Assembly (NCBI RefSeq): GCF_031769215.1
Contig: NW_026781970.1
Span: 1,426,001-1,490,000 of the forward strand
Source of the DNA: Ylistrum balloti
Taxonomy: Eukaryota
Length of the DNA: 64,000 nucleotides
Direction: 5' to 3'
The notes beneath the pieces are model-generated. The model searched no databases. It saw nothing but the letters and a program-made list of their open reading frames with translations, and was not told where the DNA came from. This document shows positions 22,601 through 34,447 of the stretch, piece after piece; positions within the stretch are counted from its first letter, which is position 1; every line of letters begins with the position of its first letter. A program made the translations under genes and the position numbers.

Positions 22601-24492
22601 CATAATTCCAGAAGTTTGAATTCGATTTGCTAGATTTGAGTGTTTACTTTAGATAAAAATTATGTAATTCCGTTTTAATCCTTTTGGTTGAGTAATGAGT
22701 ATTAAAATTATTAATCAATATGAAAAAATGGCCTTTTCGATTTTTAACTATTGAAATATTTCAATCGGCGGTGAAAATTATTGCTATCAGTCGAGGAGTG
22801 AGTGGGTTCTTGGTGGAAGGGGAGTTAAAGAAAAGAACGTTTTTGTACACATGCTACGTTATTGATCTTCCTCATCTATTGCAACTACTGGAACTTTTTT
22901 GGACTAAAATCACAGGACTTGTTCTGCTATCCACTCTTGTTTTTTTCTTTTTATTCGGCGTCATTGTTTTTTTTTATTCTATTGCGAGATGACCAAATAA
23001 GGCTCCTATCATATTTCCATTGGCTGGTCTGTTCGTTAGATACATAGGTGACTTCCAAAAAGCGTATATCTTAAAACAAATATACCCTGCAATAAAGATA
23101 TTTCTGAATATATCATTGTATGAATACCACTTCAGTAAATCTTTGTTCATCGAAATTACGACGGAGTAGGCGAGGGAAGAAATGGTCAGCAGTGTTCAGA
23201 CAACACAGGCTAGTTACCACTTTGTTTCATCAGGACAAGTGTTCACGAATTAAACAACATTCAAAATTTGCTCATAATATTCGTTAGATCTCGGTGTAGG
23301 GTCTTTATTTCCTTCTGCGATATGAGTTACGACGTGTTTCGTGCTATGTTTGGTGGTTTGATTTTTGTAAACTTCATTCTAATTTGGAAAAGGATGCCTG
23401 TCTCGTAATTGTAATGTGCTTTTCCACTGTTCTCTATAATTAGTTTTTTCATAATTTTGCCACCCTTTCATCATATTCAGTTTGAATTAAGATTCTGTTA
23501 ATATGGCAGTATGTTTTGTTATGTTGTCATTAAATTGTTATTAGATTTTCAAAGTTTTGATAAGAATAACACTTTTACATAGGAGTACTTTGTTTCGATG
23601 AAGTATTGAATACAAGATTAATATCATATTTGCAGCTAATGTAGGTTTGCTGCAAATTTATCGATCTTGTTGAATTTCCCTGAATGCATCATTCTTATTC
23701 GAGCTGCTGTTGTCGATTTTTTAAACTCAAACTATTTTTTAAAAAAGAAAGAAAAGCAAGCCACCTTCTTTATTTACCGGATATCCTAGAGGCCAGCCTA
23801 TACAAAGACTAAAAGTTCTTGCATCACAACCAGTAAGATATTTTCAACCGTTTCTTACAGTGCATCAACCAACATAAAAAAATCATACTTTTCACTTTTC
23901 ACACGCACAGGCACACACAAACAGCATAACATAAACAAAAAAACCTTATAATACAATATTACTTTTTTCATTTTCTTAAGATTACATTAAATCTTATTTG
24001 TTTATTCTCGCTAAAAACGGCTTTTAAAAACAATCAAGGGAATTGAAGTAACCAATTCTGAAATGAAATCGTATCCCTTACGAGTCGTGACTCGTAATAG
24101 TTTTAAACAAATCATTGTTCAATACAGTGTTTGAGTACATTTGATAGAGATGATGACAGGTGTATGGAGTAAACAGAGATAGACCCCCTACATAGATGTG
24201 TGTTACTACTGAGTCATTGACACAACATCTAGATATAGATATTGTAGATTTGGGCTGTAATAGTGTGCTTTTCAGTGCTGATGACAGATGTAGATATACA
24301 GTGAAAATCATTTTTGTCTGTTTGGTTCATAACTTGTGCAGTCACCTAAAGATCACCGAAGGGAGAGTATTTTAGAAACTTTTATCGGCAAGTGTTTTAT
24401 TGTTCGTTTACATATCAACGTACTTTTCTTTATTTAATCTTGTTATTCATTGTTTCTCTACCGTGTTAGCTCGTCGATAAGACACTAAGAAT

Positions 24493-24757
24493 GTCGGTGG
24501 ATCGGTTAGACACTTTGTTGGTTGCTCGGCTGGTCGGTCAGTTAGTTGGTCAGTAAGGTAGACATACGCTTAGTTTGTTGGGTCGTCGGTCAGTCAATTA
24601 ATATATTAGTCTGACAGAGTTTGTCGTTCGGTCGGTCTGTCAGACACTCAGATTGTCGACTGGTCGGTTAGTTAGCATGTCAGTTAGTCTGACCGTTTGT
24701 CGGTCGGTCAGACACTCAGATTGTCGGCCGGTCGGCTGGTCGGTCAGTTAGTCAGTT
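24493..24757. repeat. Degenerate tetranucleotide low-complexity tract (GGTC/GTCA/GTTA)
   Basis: Mosaic of GGTC, GTCA and GTTA units, with CAGACACTCAGATTGTCG present twice (about 24641 and 24709). Confidence 0.75.
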
Positions 24758-27700
24758 AATTGAGTAAATTATTATTGCTGTATGTTTGTAAGGAACTGCA
24801 AAACAGACACTGCAAAAACACTTAGTAAGATTATATGATTATGTGTTAGGTTGTCCTAAGCTAGCAGATGATGGCTGAAAGGACCAAGAGTTCGTCCTTT
24901 AACTGATTTAAGGGAGACCATGATGTAAGGAAACCTTGTTGTAAAATAAGTTTCAACTTAAACGTGGCGTGTGACATGTAGTGAACACATCTTTGTAACA
25001 ACTTTCATTGAAACATTTTCATGTCTGCAATATTTTAAACAAGCCAATTGTGTGATTGGTTGATTGCATCAAATTTGAGAACGATGATTTCATTAGAAAC
25101 AAATCAGCTGGAAATATATTCACACGAAAACGATACATTTTAAATAGTTTTCAATATCTATGACAATTTCCGCATATTATTGTTACGACTATCACACGAA
25201 TACTTTCTGTTTTGTCATTTTTACCATACAAATGATATCAATGATTCAAGATGTTTTTCATTGAGTTGAAAGCAGAACGAATACTAAATTGCCATTTTGT
25301 TCCATTTCATCTTCAGGTGACAAAAAGTACTGAAGCTTATTACATCTACCTGCATTTTGAACTTATTCCCCTCATTACATTGACCTGACGCTATGGTGGT
25401 GTGTGATGATATCGTCCATCTTTGTTTGGGCGACGAACCTATTTTGACGTTATTATTCAATATCAGTACTGTTACGCTTTGTCTAACATCTCAAACACCT
25501 ATTCATAAACAAGTCATTAATATTGCGAACATTTCATCCCCCAAAAATGTAACTGCTCCCTTTATCACCATCTTGTTCTTTTATGTGAAAAACCTATAAG
25601 GGAAGTTTATTGCAAGCATTTATTACAATAATTTTGCCTTCGGGGTAAAATAGAGGTGACAAATAGAAATATTTTAGTCTGATTCGGACAAATTCTTAGG
25701 GAAGATGTTGTTGTTCCTTGCAATGACCTTATCAATTTCAAGCATCTTAACGACCTGGAGCAAGATTCATCATAAAGATACAATCTGTATCTTTTTGACG
25801 CTCTATCTACATATCTTTTTCTATTCTTCACTTGTCGTTCCATTACGAGAAGGCGGTTTTACTAGATTTTTGGATGTGATATGTAAATACAGTAGTCGTA
25901 AAACAGTTGCAAATAGCACAAGTCTAGGTGTTTTACGAAGCCGGCATTAACAGATGCTAATGACACATGTCAATCATTCGTTTTATTGTTCATAACTTTC
26001 TTCAATTTGATTGCTATCAGTGCATTGCTTTAGATTTCGATAACGAAAGTAGTCGCTAACGTGACACCAAACAATACATATACAAATATTTTATGTGAGA
26101 ATCAAGGGAAAATAAAGATGTTCATTTTGTGCAATAAAAAGAATATCAATTACATGGTAATATCGTCTGTCCTGTTTGACACAGTGTCTCAGAGTGTAGT
26201 TATTCAGCGTCCTGTAGAATGTCATGCAGATGTTGTTCTATTTTGTGAAAGATTCTAGATATTTTTTTTCGTGATATGTAGATAGTGTAATTTCCTCCTT
26301 GTTATTCCAATATCTCACCAGTAAATGATAAATACCATATAAAGTTAGCACATACATTTTCAAAATCTCACCATCATGTGTTAATCCATGTACAGCTGTA
26401 TCCGATTTAGGTCGTTTCTCTTATTGTGACTTCTTTGGAAACGTGCACAGGTGAAAATAAACTACAATTATTTGTGAGGATCGCATGAATGTTTAGTCCA
26501 TTGTGAATAAGTGATGATAAAAACGAAGTATAAACCAACAACAGAATTCGATAGAACTTTACACGGTTGAATTTTTTTAATCGAAATAATATTTCATACT
26601 ATGGTTCCCAAAATCAGAGGCAATAGAAGAGAATGCACCTTGTAAATGATGCAGTGACGCCATCCTCCTACAAAAACCTGCAGAGGTATAACGACAATGA
26701 ACACAAAGTAGATTGTAAGGCCTGATGATAATGTTACTTATTGTTGTGATTTATCTGGACTTATTTATGTTGTCCATTCCTTTGGTTTGTTTGTTTTTAA
26801 GTAGAATATTGTAACATGATAGAGGATGGATATCTCTAATGCATTTTATAGACTTTTCATCACGACAGATATTTAAACAGTTTAGATAGGTCCAAATGCA
26901 GTGCTTTATTTTGTTCTACTGAAATGAATTTGCATGTTTTCATATTCATCAGAGAGTATGCCACATGTAAGACACTACCAAAAGTACTGAGTCAGAACTT
27001 CACGCCTGGTGATGGCTTCTAGCCAAATTCCAACCGTAGTAGTTGCCGTTTCTGAGTGAAGTATTCTTTATGTTGTCTTAAAATATAGCAAGTAACGCGG
27101 AGAAGATTTGTCTCAAGTTTGTTTTATTTTCTGTTTGATTTAAAATAGAACAAGTGTCAGTACAAGTCTTCTCTCAATGCAAAGCCTTGTAAGACCTTAC
27201 TACCAAAGGAATTTGGGCAAATTTTGGATTAAGCCTTCTTGAGCCTTTTTGTCCGCTAGAAGAGATACTTGACAATAGTGTCTGACCGACAGATTTACTG
27301 AAACTGATTCCTTAAAGAAACACAGGTGTTTAGACCAAGCGGTCAGCTATTGTAGACTATAACATACAGAACCAACAGGACATTTTCCGCCTTAAGCGTT
27401 TGGCATGTGAAGAGTGGAATAACATAGAAAGATTTACTATTATATTTCGCGATAATCTCTAGTTATCAAACCTCTGGAGAAAACGGTCTAGCAGCTACAC
27501 ACACTCTATGAGAAATCAAAGTAAATGAAAGTCTCAAGTGTCAAAGACAGAAATCTTGAAGACATGGTTTATGAATTATGTACATAAATTATTCACACAA
27601 AAATAATCTCAACATATTTTAATGTCTATTTCACCCCGAGCCTAAGAAGTTAAACACACGATTTGGATATTCTATTCTACAGCTTTGATAAATTATAAAA

Positions 27701-29599
27701 CATAATTCAAATAGCTCATATCATTCAGATATAATATGCAGTGAAAATGACTGCAAGATATGTATATTCTCAACAGTTATAAAAACTTCAGATTAGCTTA
27801 ATATATACAGACGTGGGGGAGAAAATAGAGCTGATATGATTAACTATGTCACGTTCAATCCTTACTTGTGTGTACAGCAAAAGCTGAACTTATTTCATTC
27901 TATTTTTTACTTCAGTTTTACATTGGAACCTTTCTAATATGGGTAAAATCATCATTTGTTGAAATAAACCTATCACAAATTAATTCTAGTTTACGATTCA
28001 ACAAAACCTTATATATTCTATACATAGATTAATCGAATCAGTTAAAACACTTTGCTTCCTGGAGACACCAGAGGTTCGTTAGTCCGAAAATCGTTTTATG
28101 AAGTGAAAATACGTTGCACCGGAATCTCAGGAAACGAAATGTCGAGTGTTATTATTATCGTCTAAAATCAATGAGTTAGTAGGAAAGAAAAAAATCGATA
28201 ACATCTTCATTTACAAAACAAAACTATACTAACCGTACATCATGTATCTTAATTAGTCAGTGTTTAGGGATTTTCGTACTCAAATTCTTGTGCTAAAATA
28301 TGGTTGTGTTGTTTAAATTTCTTTTAAAATCACTTATTCTGCAATTAGTATGGATACGCATATCTGCCATCTGCTAAGTACTACACAGAACTAAGCAAGA
28401 AGAAGGTGGCGTGAAATTGTAATACTCACTATCAAGAAGCCCTTTTCATCACATGTCTCAATTTCCCAGGATCAACTCGCTAAAAAACAATTCTTAAAAC
28501 ACAAAGATGTGTAAGGAGCTATCACAAGACATGTTTTTTAAATGTTGACGTGCATGGTTTATTTCATATATGCTCAAATTTTATTGTAAGGTCATTATTC
28601 TCATGAAGCCACAAATATTTTACATTGGATTGACGTATTCCGTCTGTGTAAAAGACAACATCTTAATGCTAAAGTGGTCAACAGCACAGAAGGAAAACAA
28701 CACCTTAGATTGTCGTCCGCTCCTTCGCCACGGCGAGACACAAATGACAAAATTACATTTAAAAAGAGATTTGTTCTCGAATGGAGCCAACACATTTGAT
28801 ATAAAGTATATTCCATACGTTATAGACAAAGAGTCGCTAATAAAAATTCGGAAACGAAAACACAAACAAATAATAAATTCAATTTGGTCAAGAAACAACA
28901 CGAAAACGGACAAAACAGTAAAATCCTTTTAGCTACAAAGAGAAATAGAACTCCCAGAAGCGTAGCGAATTTAGATTTATCAAAGATTAGAGCGATATGG
29001 ACGGCAGATGAAAGGCCAGGCAAAGATGGCCGCTGTTTTAAGTATGTAGTGTTTTAAAAACATGTACTGTTGTTTTGCGCATGGCAAATTGATTCCAGTT
29101 CCGGATATCAGGTATGTTTGTCTTTGAGTTTTGAAGAAACCAGTTTCTTCCATTATTTTGCTATTTTATGAGTTTCTATTTAGGTTTCTGTACGAGGTAG
29201 AAGACACAACAATGCCAATGATGTACATGTACTATCGTTGCAAATTGCTTTCGCTCCATTTCACCGTCGGGACGATTAAAGACAAGAACATTTATACGTT
29301 TTCAAACATGAAAAGCAATCTTCACAAACACTTCAAAGTTTCCAAGCACGCTAAAACACTGTACAGAGGCTTTATGGTGCGGATGAAGAATGCTTTTTTA
29401 TCATCACGATCAGAGATTTCCATCTAGTTTCAAAACAATGGGAGGTATATTACAGAGAATAATTGCCATGTCAATGAAATAAACCTCTAATGATTATAGT
29501 GAGGAGAAGGTAGGTAACATTACAGTTTAAATATCCTTTTCCAGTCCTACTGTGTATAGGTTCAAACATTTAACACTTCTTTTAGTATGACGTATCGAC

Positions 29600-29852
29600 A
29601 AGGTGTTGTATACTTTACTTATTTTACAACAATTCCGGAACATGCTTATGGCTTACTAGTATACAAATCCCTCTTGAAAGCCCGGGTGGAAGTGCGCAAG
29701 AGATCTCACTTTGAAAGGAAACCAGAGTGCCCGGAGAAAATCATTTCTTTGTCGGGCAGGTAACCTCATATCATTTCGTGTTCGACTGTGGAATCGAACC
29801 CCGCTTTTCTAGGTGAAAGGGGTGTTAGTTATCATTGTGCTACTTGTCCACC
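29600..29852 (-). mobile_element. tRNA-derived SINE with V-domain-like core (mollusc V-SINE / RUDI-like)
   Basis: The minus strand shows a decayed A-box GTAGCACAATGATA, an intact B-box GGTTCGATTCC (29790-29800), then TTTTCTCCGGGCACTCTGGTTTCC (29717-29740), which matches the V-SINE core GGGTTTTCTCCGGGTACTCCGGTTTCC as recalled. An A-rich end lies near 29600. Confidence 0.75.
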
Positions 29853-30925
29853 TACAAGGTGTTAAGCGTAAATATGATTAGAACTAAAAATATACTGATA
29901 GATGTATAAAGAGCACGCGTCAATTTGAAATTGCTCGGTTTTGGCTAACAGATATGTCCTGTAAAAGGCAACAACAGAACCACGTGGGTTTGGCGTCGTT
30001 CTGTATCGACATTGGCCATACAGATAAAACTGTCAATATATCCATTTATTGTAACACGAATACGATTTTCTAACGATTTGGTGGTGTTGAGCATTAAGGA
30101 TAAGTTCAATAGTAATTCCCGCTATTTTGCTTCTCGTAACGGGATATCGCTTGAATATTGTACCACACCTCTTAAGTGACCATGTTGACATCATTCGGCG
30201 TTGTCAGAATAGTGTGACCATCGATTCCGATGTTAGAATGTCACATGCCCGGGTTACTTTGACATTTCTACATCAATCGGGAATTTTCGCCACTTTCGAC
30301 TCGTATCATAGAGCACATAAGGCAAGCGTACTGGTGTTAATTTAAAATCGCGATTTTTTTTCATCGGGCTCAGTATCAAGGAGTAGAGATGTACAATAAA
30401 TCTGGCGTTTGCATATTGCAAACTCGATTAAGCACAACAAAAAACGGATCCCAATTTGAACCAATATTAATGTATATAATGTGCTTCCTGTTTTGTCATT
30501 GACGTATATTTGGCGAGCGCTTCCGTCAGTAATTAACTTTTTTGCAAAAGTGAAGATGACATAAATACGCATTATCTATGACAGTCAGTATGGGTTCCAA
30601 TATCTACGTGATTAGTGACAATAACTTCTAACAAAATGCTCTTTCCAATTATATATCACTCTATTCTGCTCTGACTACGAAGTATATGAAATATGTCATT
30701 TATTTAATTCGTGATTTGTGTTATTACATTAATCCTCCCTGTTCATCTGTAATTGTCTCAATTAAATAAACCGATGATAATTAATAATTATCTAAACCTA
30801 GGCAATGACGTGGGTTCGCTTCGACACAAAACAGCGCCCTCAACAGCAGAATTCCAAATTGCTTCCAGCGTCATCGATGTCATATCTAATTAATGGGGTA
30901 ATCAAGATTTCTAAAATGAACGATG

Positions 30926-31020
30926 TAATTCTTCTTTAATTTAGCCAATTATGATAAACTACAAATAAACTCTAATTCTTCTTTAATTTAGCCAATTATG
31001 ATAAAACTACAAATAAACTC
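30926..31020. repeat. 47-bp tandem duplication (2 copies)
   Basis: TAATTCTTCTTTAATTTAGCCAATTATGATAAACTACAAATAAACTC starts at 30926 and again at 30973, with one extra A in the second copy. Confidence 0.9.
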
Positions 31021-33045
31021 ACTACAGATTTAATTGTACTGACATTAGCTGTTTGTTATATGACTTCTTAAACTTAATGTTTCTATTGTTTATAAGCACA
31101 TATCAAAACAATTATGAAATGTCGAAAATTAGAATGAGTATATTTCTTTATAAACTTTTTATACACATTTCGAAGGAGATTTTGACGAAATTTCTCTTGT
31201 TATTTTCGTCTAAAATCTGCGAAAATTTCTTTAAATTAACCATTCAGATATAAGCCATCAGTAGATCTGATTCGATATATCGCCAATATGACTTTTACCG
31301 ATTATTTGTTTCAGTAAGATTCAATCACATTTATTGAAGTATAGTTCACGTGACTCCAAACCATTTCTGATGTCATAAACCTACAACCATGCATTGCAAT
31401 TAAATTTACTTGATAAAGAATTGTATTTGTTAGTGTGTGCAGATCAGAGGAGGCCTATCTGAACGGTTTGATTAGGTAATATCCTTTATATCTCTATATA
31501 ATACTATTTATATATCTTTCTTCGTGCTCATTTTCATCCTCTATCTGTTTGTTGTATTTTTCTCGTGTGGGATGTGGAGGCCTATTTGGTATAGAACAGG
31601 ATGTTTAGATGATTTACGTTACGAGATCAAAACTTTGAGAACGATCTGACTGATGGTTCAAAGGAGTTCTTAGCCTTTTTTCGTTTCTATGCTGCTGTCT
31701 GTTTGAAATCGTTTACCTCCGAAATGTCGCGCTGAGCATTTTCACTAATTGTTCATGCATTTTTCTGTCTTAGAACCTGTCATTTCGGGTAGGTGGGAGT
31801 GAGAAGAAAGCAGAACGTTTGAAATCAAGGTTAGTTATTATCATAACTCAGAGCTCACGCTGTGCGCACGTGCTTTCCGTCATGCCATCACCATGGTGAT
31901 AAGATTGACAATGAGGCGTTCCAGAGCGCGAGCTGCGAGACTTGACGAGAACTCTCTTTGGGCAGCTTCCGGATTGACGCCGTTACCGAAACACAAAACA
32001 TGGTGGCTTATTTGATAACCTTTATCTCGAGAATTAACGGTGCGAACGCGTAAATTTGAAAGTGAACTAATTCGACATGGCCCGCACGTGCGCTTGACGA
32101 TGACAGATCCCAGCTCTGCACGTTCGTTGCCGATACGATTCCGAATGTTTCCACTACATTGTTGTACAGCATTTATAAGAAGCGGATTTGATTAAAATTT
32201 GATTCTGTAAGTGAGATTTGCTTTTCCTGGAGCAAATTATACGTAACTTTTGCTTTAAAAAATGAATAGCTTGTTTGCCCTATTCGGTACAAATATCTTC
32301 GAAGGGGATGCATTGGTTGAGACTATTTACATTTAATTTCGTAGAATATTGTCTAGATGATTTCACGTTCCTCAACGGTGTGTGAGACTGAAAAACACCA
32401 TAATTAAACACCTGTCAACAGACCCCGGTTATCAGAGCATTATCTTAATTCAGTTTCACATTCCGGGGTAGTTAATAACCCTAGCTATGATTATCCGTTG
32501 GTTTCTAGAGAATTAAGATTTAAAACTAAAGTGCAAGGTAGTTAAACATAAAAAAATCTTATTTACATTATAATCTCATGTTTTACTACTCAGGATATAA
32601 AGTCTAATATTATCATTTCATTTACTCTCATTATATCTGTTTTATCTTTAAATGTTTCATCAATATCAATTCCAGTACGACAGACTTGTATTCAAATCGC
32701 TCACGAACCTATGTATTATTGCTCGTCAGACAGAAAAAAACATACGATCAATTCAAATATTAACTTTGAAATTATGTTTACTATTAATTATTTTCTCTAC
32801 AGTGATTGATTAATCAATATACAGGATCAATCAATCGATACATTGATTTTTTGTAGGTCGACGGGACATTTAGATAAAGCAACAGTGGAAAGCTAGCCAA
32901 TATAAATACGAAGCTATATGACCGAGAACTGTCATATTGGCTCAAATTTTCGGAGCTTTCCGTTTCTGACGATTTGAAACGTATGTAACATATATATTAA
33001 TGAAATAGAGGTAAAATGAATAAAAACAAAAAAGGCCACAGTGTA

Positions 33046-33092
<47 letters not shown>
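33046..33092. repeat. (ATT)n microsatellite, about 15 copies
   Basis: Pure TAT/ATT run. It produces the poly-Ile ORF 32932-33150. Confidence 0.95.
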
Positions 33093-33094
<2 letters not shown>

Positions 33095-33351
33095 CTGATT
33101 TCCATTTTGCTATTATCCCACAACATCTTAAGTGTGGCTTTAAAGGACATTTTGATTTACTAAAAACTTGGCGTGTTAGATGGTTCTAATACCCAAGATG
33201 GAGCATTATATCCCACGAAGAATTAACTTTCTTTTATATTTTTTATTCTGGTAATGTAAGCTGGTTTCTAAAGTTTATCTGTTTCAATACAGAAAATAAA
33301 ATGTTTAAATCAATATGTTGAAATGTATTACATAATCCTTAGAAATAAACT

Positions 33352-33364
33352 CTAACTTATGTTT
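33352..33364 (+). repeat. Left target-site duplication of the LINE (CTAACTTATGTTT)
   Basis: The identical 13-mer recurs at 34435-34447. Confidence 0.85.
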
Positions 33365-34434
33365 ATCAGGAGGCTGCCAGAATAATATGTGGGGCTACTA
33401 AATTAACTAATATAGATAAACTGTATATATATACCGGGTGGGAAACACTAAGCGAAAGAAGGAGAAAACACAAATTAATCCAATTTTTTAAAATGTTTCA
33501 TGGTAGAACGCCTGAATATCTGTCCCGTCTGGTACCTCCTAACATATCTGACACATAATTATGGCACAAGACATGGTAACAATTTAATCGGTATTAGATG
33601 TATGTCCGAATTCTATCACCATTCCTTTTTACCCTCAGTGATTACACTTTGGAACAATATTCCTGAGGAAATTCGTAATAATCCCTCACTATTTTCATTC
33701 AAAAAGTATCTTAATATCAATTCCAGGGGACGTCCGCCTGAATATTATTATGTAGGGTTGAGACTAGACCAAATATACCATACTAGATTACGGCTTGGAT
33801 GTAGTTCCTTAAAAGGTCACCTCTTTCGGAGAAACCTAGTTGATAGTCCCATGTGTGCATGTGGACACCAATTTGAAGATAGTTTCCATTTCCTGTTGCA
33901 GTGTGCCAATCACTCTGCCCCAAGACGAAGGTATTTAACCTCGTTGACTTACCATCTTAGTGTTGATTTACTTTTGTTTGGCGATCCTCTTTTATCTTAT
34001 CACCAAAATGTAGAAATATTCATAGCTACTCAAAAATTTATAAAATCGAGTGAAAGATTTAGAAATAGTACCTAGCACCCTATTAATCCAACCGGGGAAA
34101 TTCATCAATTCATGTATTCATGTTTACAATATTTATACTTATAAATTATGCACTCTTGCCTAATTTTATATACCCGCTTTTCTTTTCTCTTCTTCCATTT
34201 TCTCTCCCTTTAGTTGTAAACTTGTTCGTTTCATATTATAAACATTACTTAAGTTACATTATAATCAATTCACTATATGCTGTCAGTGTAAGGGTTAACA
34301 TGTAAAATTTAAATTGCTGTATTGATGAGACGGACTTAGAATAAGTACATTTGTACTTGTTTCCAAATCATCTTTATGTTTTGTATGTCACCAGTATGTA
34401 CATGTTTCACTCGCCAATACAAATAAAGTTTAAA
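33365..34434 (+). mobile_element. 5'-truncated CR1/L2-group LINE: C-terminal ORF2 plus 3' UTR, one frameshift
   Basis: The frame from 33370 reads EAARIICGATKLTNIDKLY..GWETLSERRRKHKLIQFFKM...PEYLSRLVPP. It shifts +1 at about 33541-33556 into SFLPSVITLWNNIPEEIR...IYHTRLRLGCSSLKGHLF...SPMCACG...EDSFHFLLQC (stop at 34075). This is the typical post-RT, Cys/His-rich tail of CR1-like ORF2. The 3' end has AATAAAGTTTAAACT, and the element is flanked by a perfect 13-bp TSD. Confidence 0.88.
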
Positions 34435-34447
34435 CTAACTTATGTTT
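34435..34447 (+). repeat. Right target-site duplication of the LINE (CTAACTTATGTTT)
   Basis: Identical to 33352-33364. Confidence 0.85.

Noticed and set aside
27346-27443. Possible piggyBac transposase relic (AIVDYN; RVE*HRKIYYY)
   Set aside because: The two short motifs are in different frames and the catalytic GGVD block between them is missing. Too weak without a profile search.
28800-29057. 85-codon open frame without ATG, next to the YY1-like AAGATGGCCGC (29023-29033)
   Set aside because: No splice context or family similarity; the Lys/Asn-rich composition reflects A-rich DNA.
32932-33150. Hydrophobic poly-Ile ORF
   Set aside because: It is a translation of the (ATT)n microsatellite.
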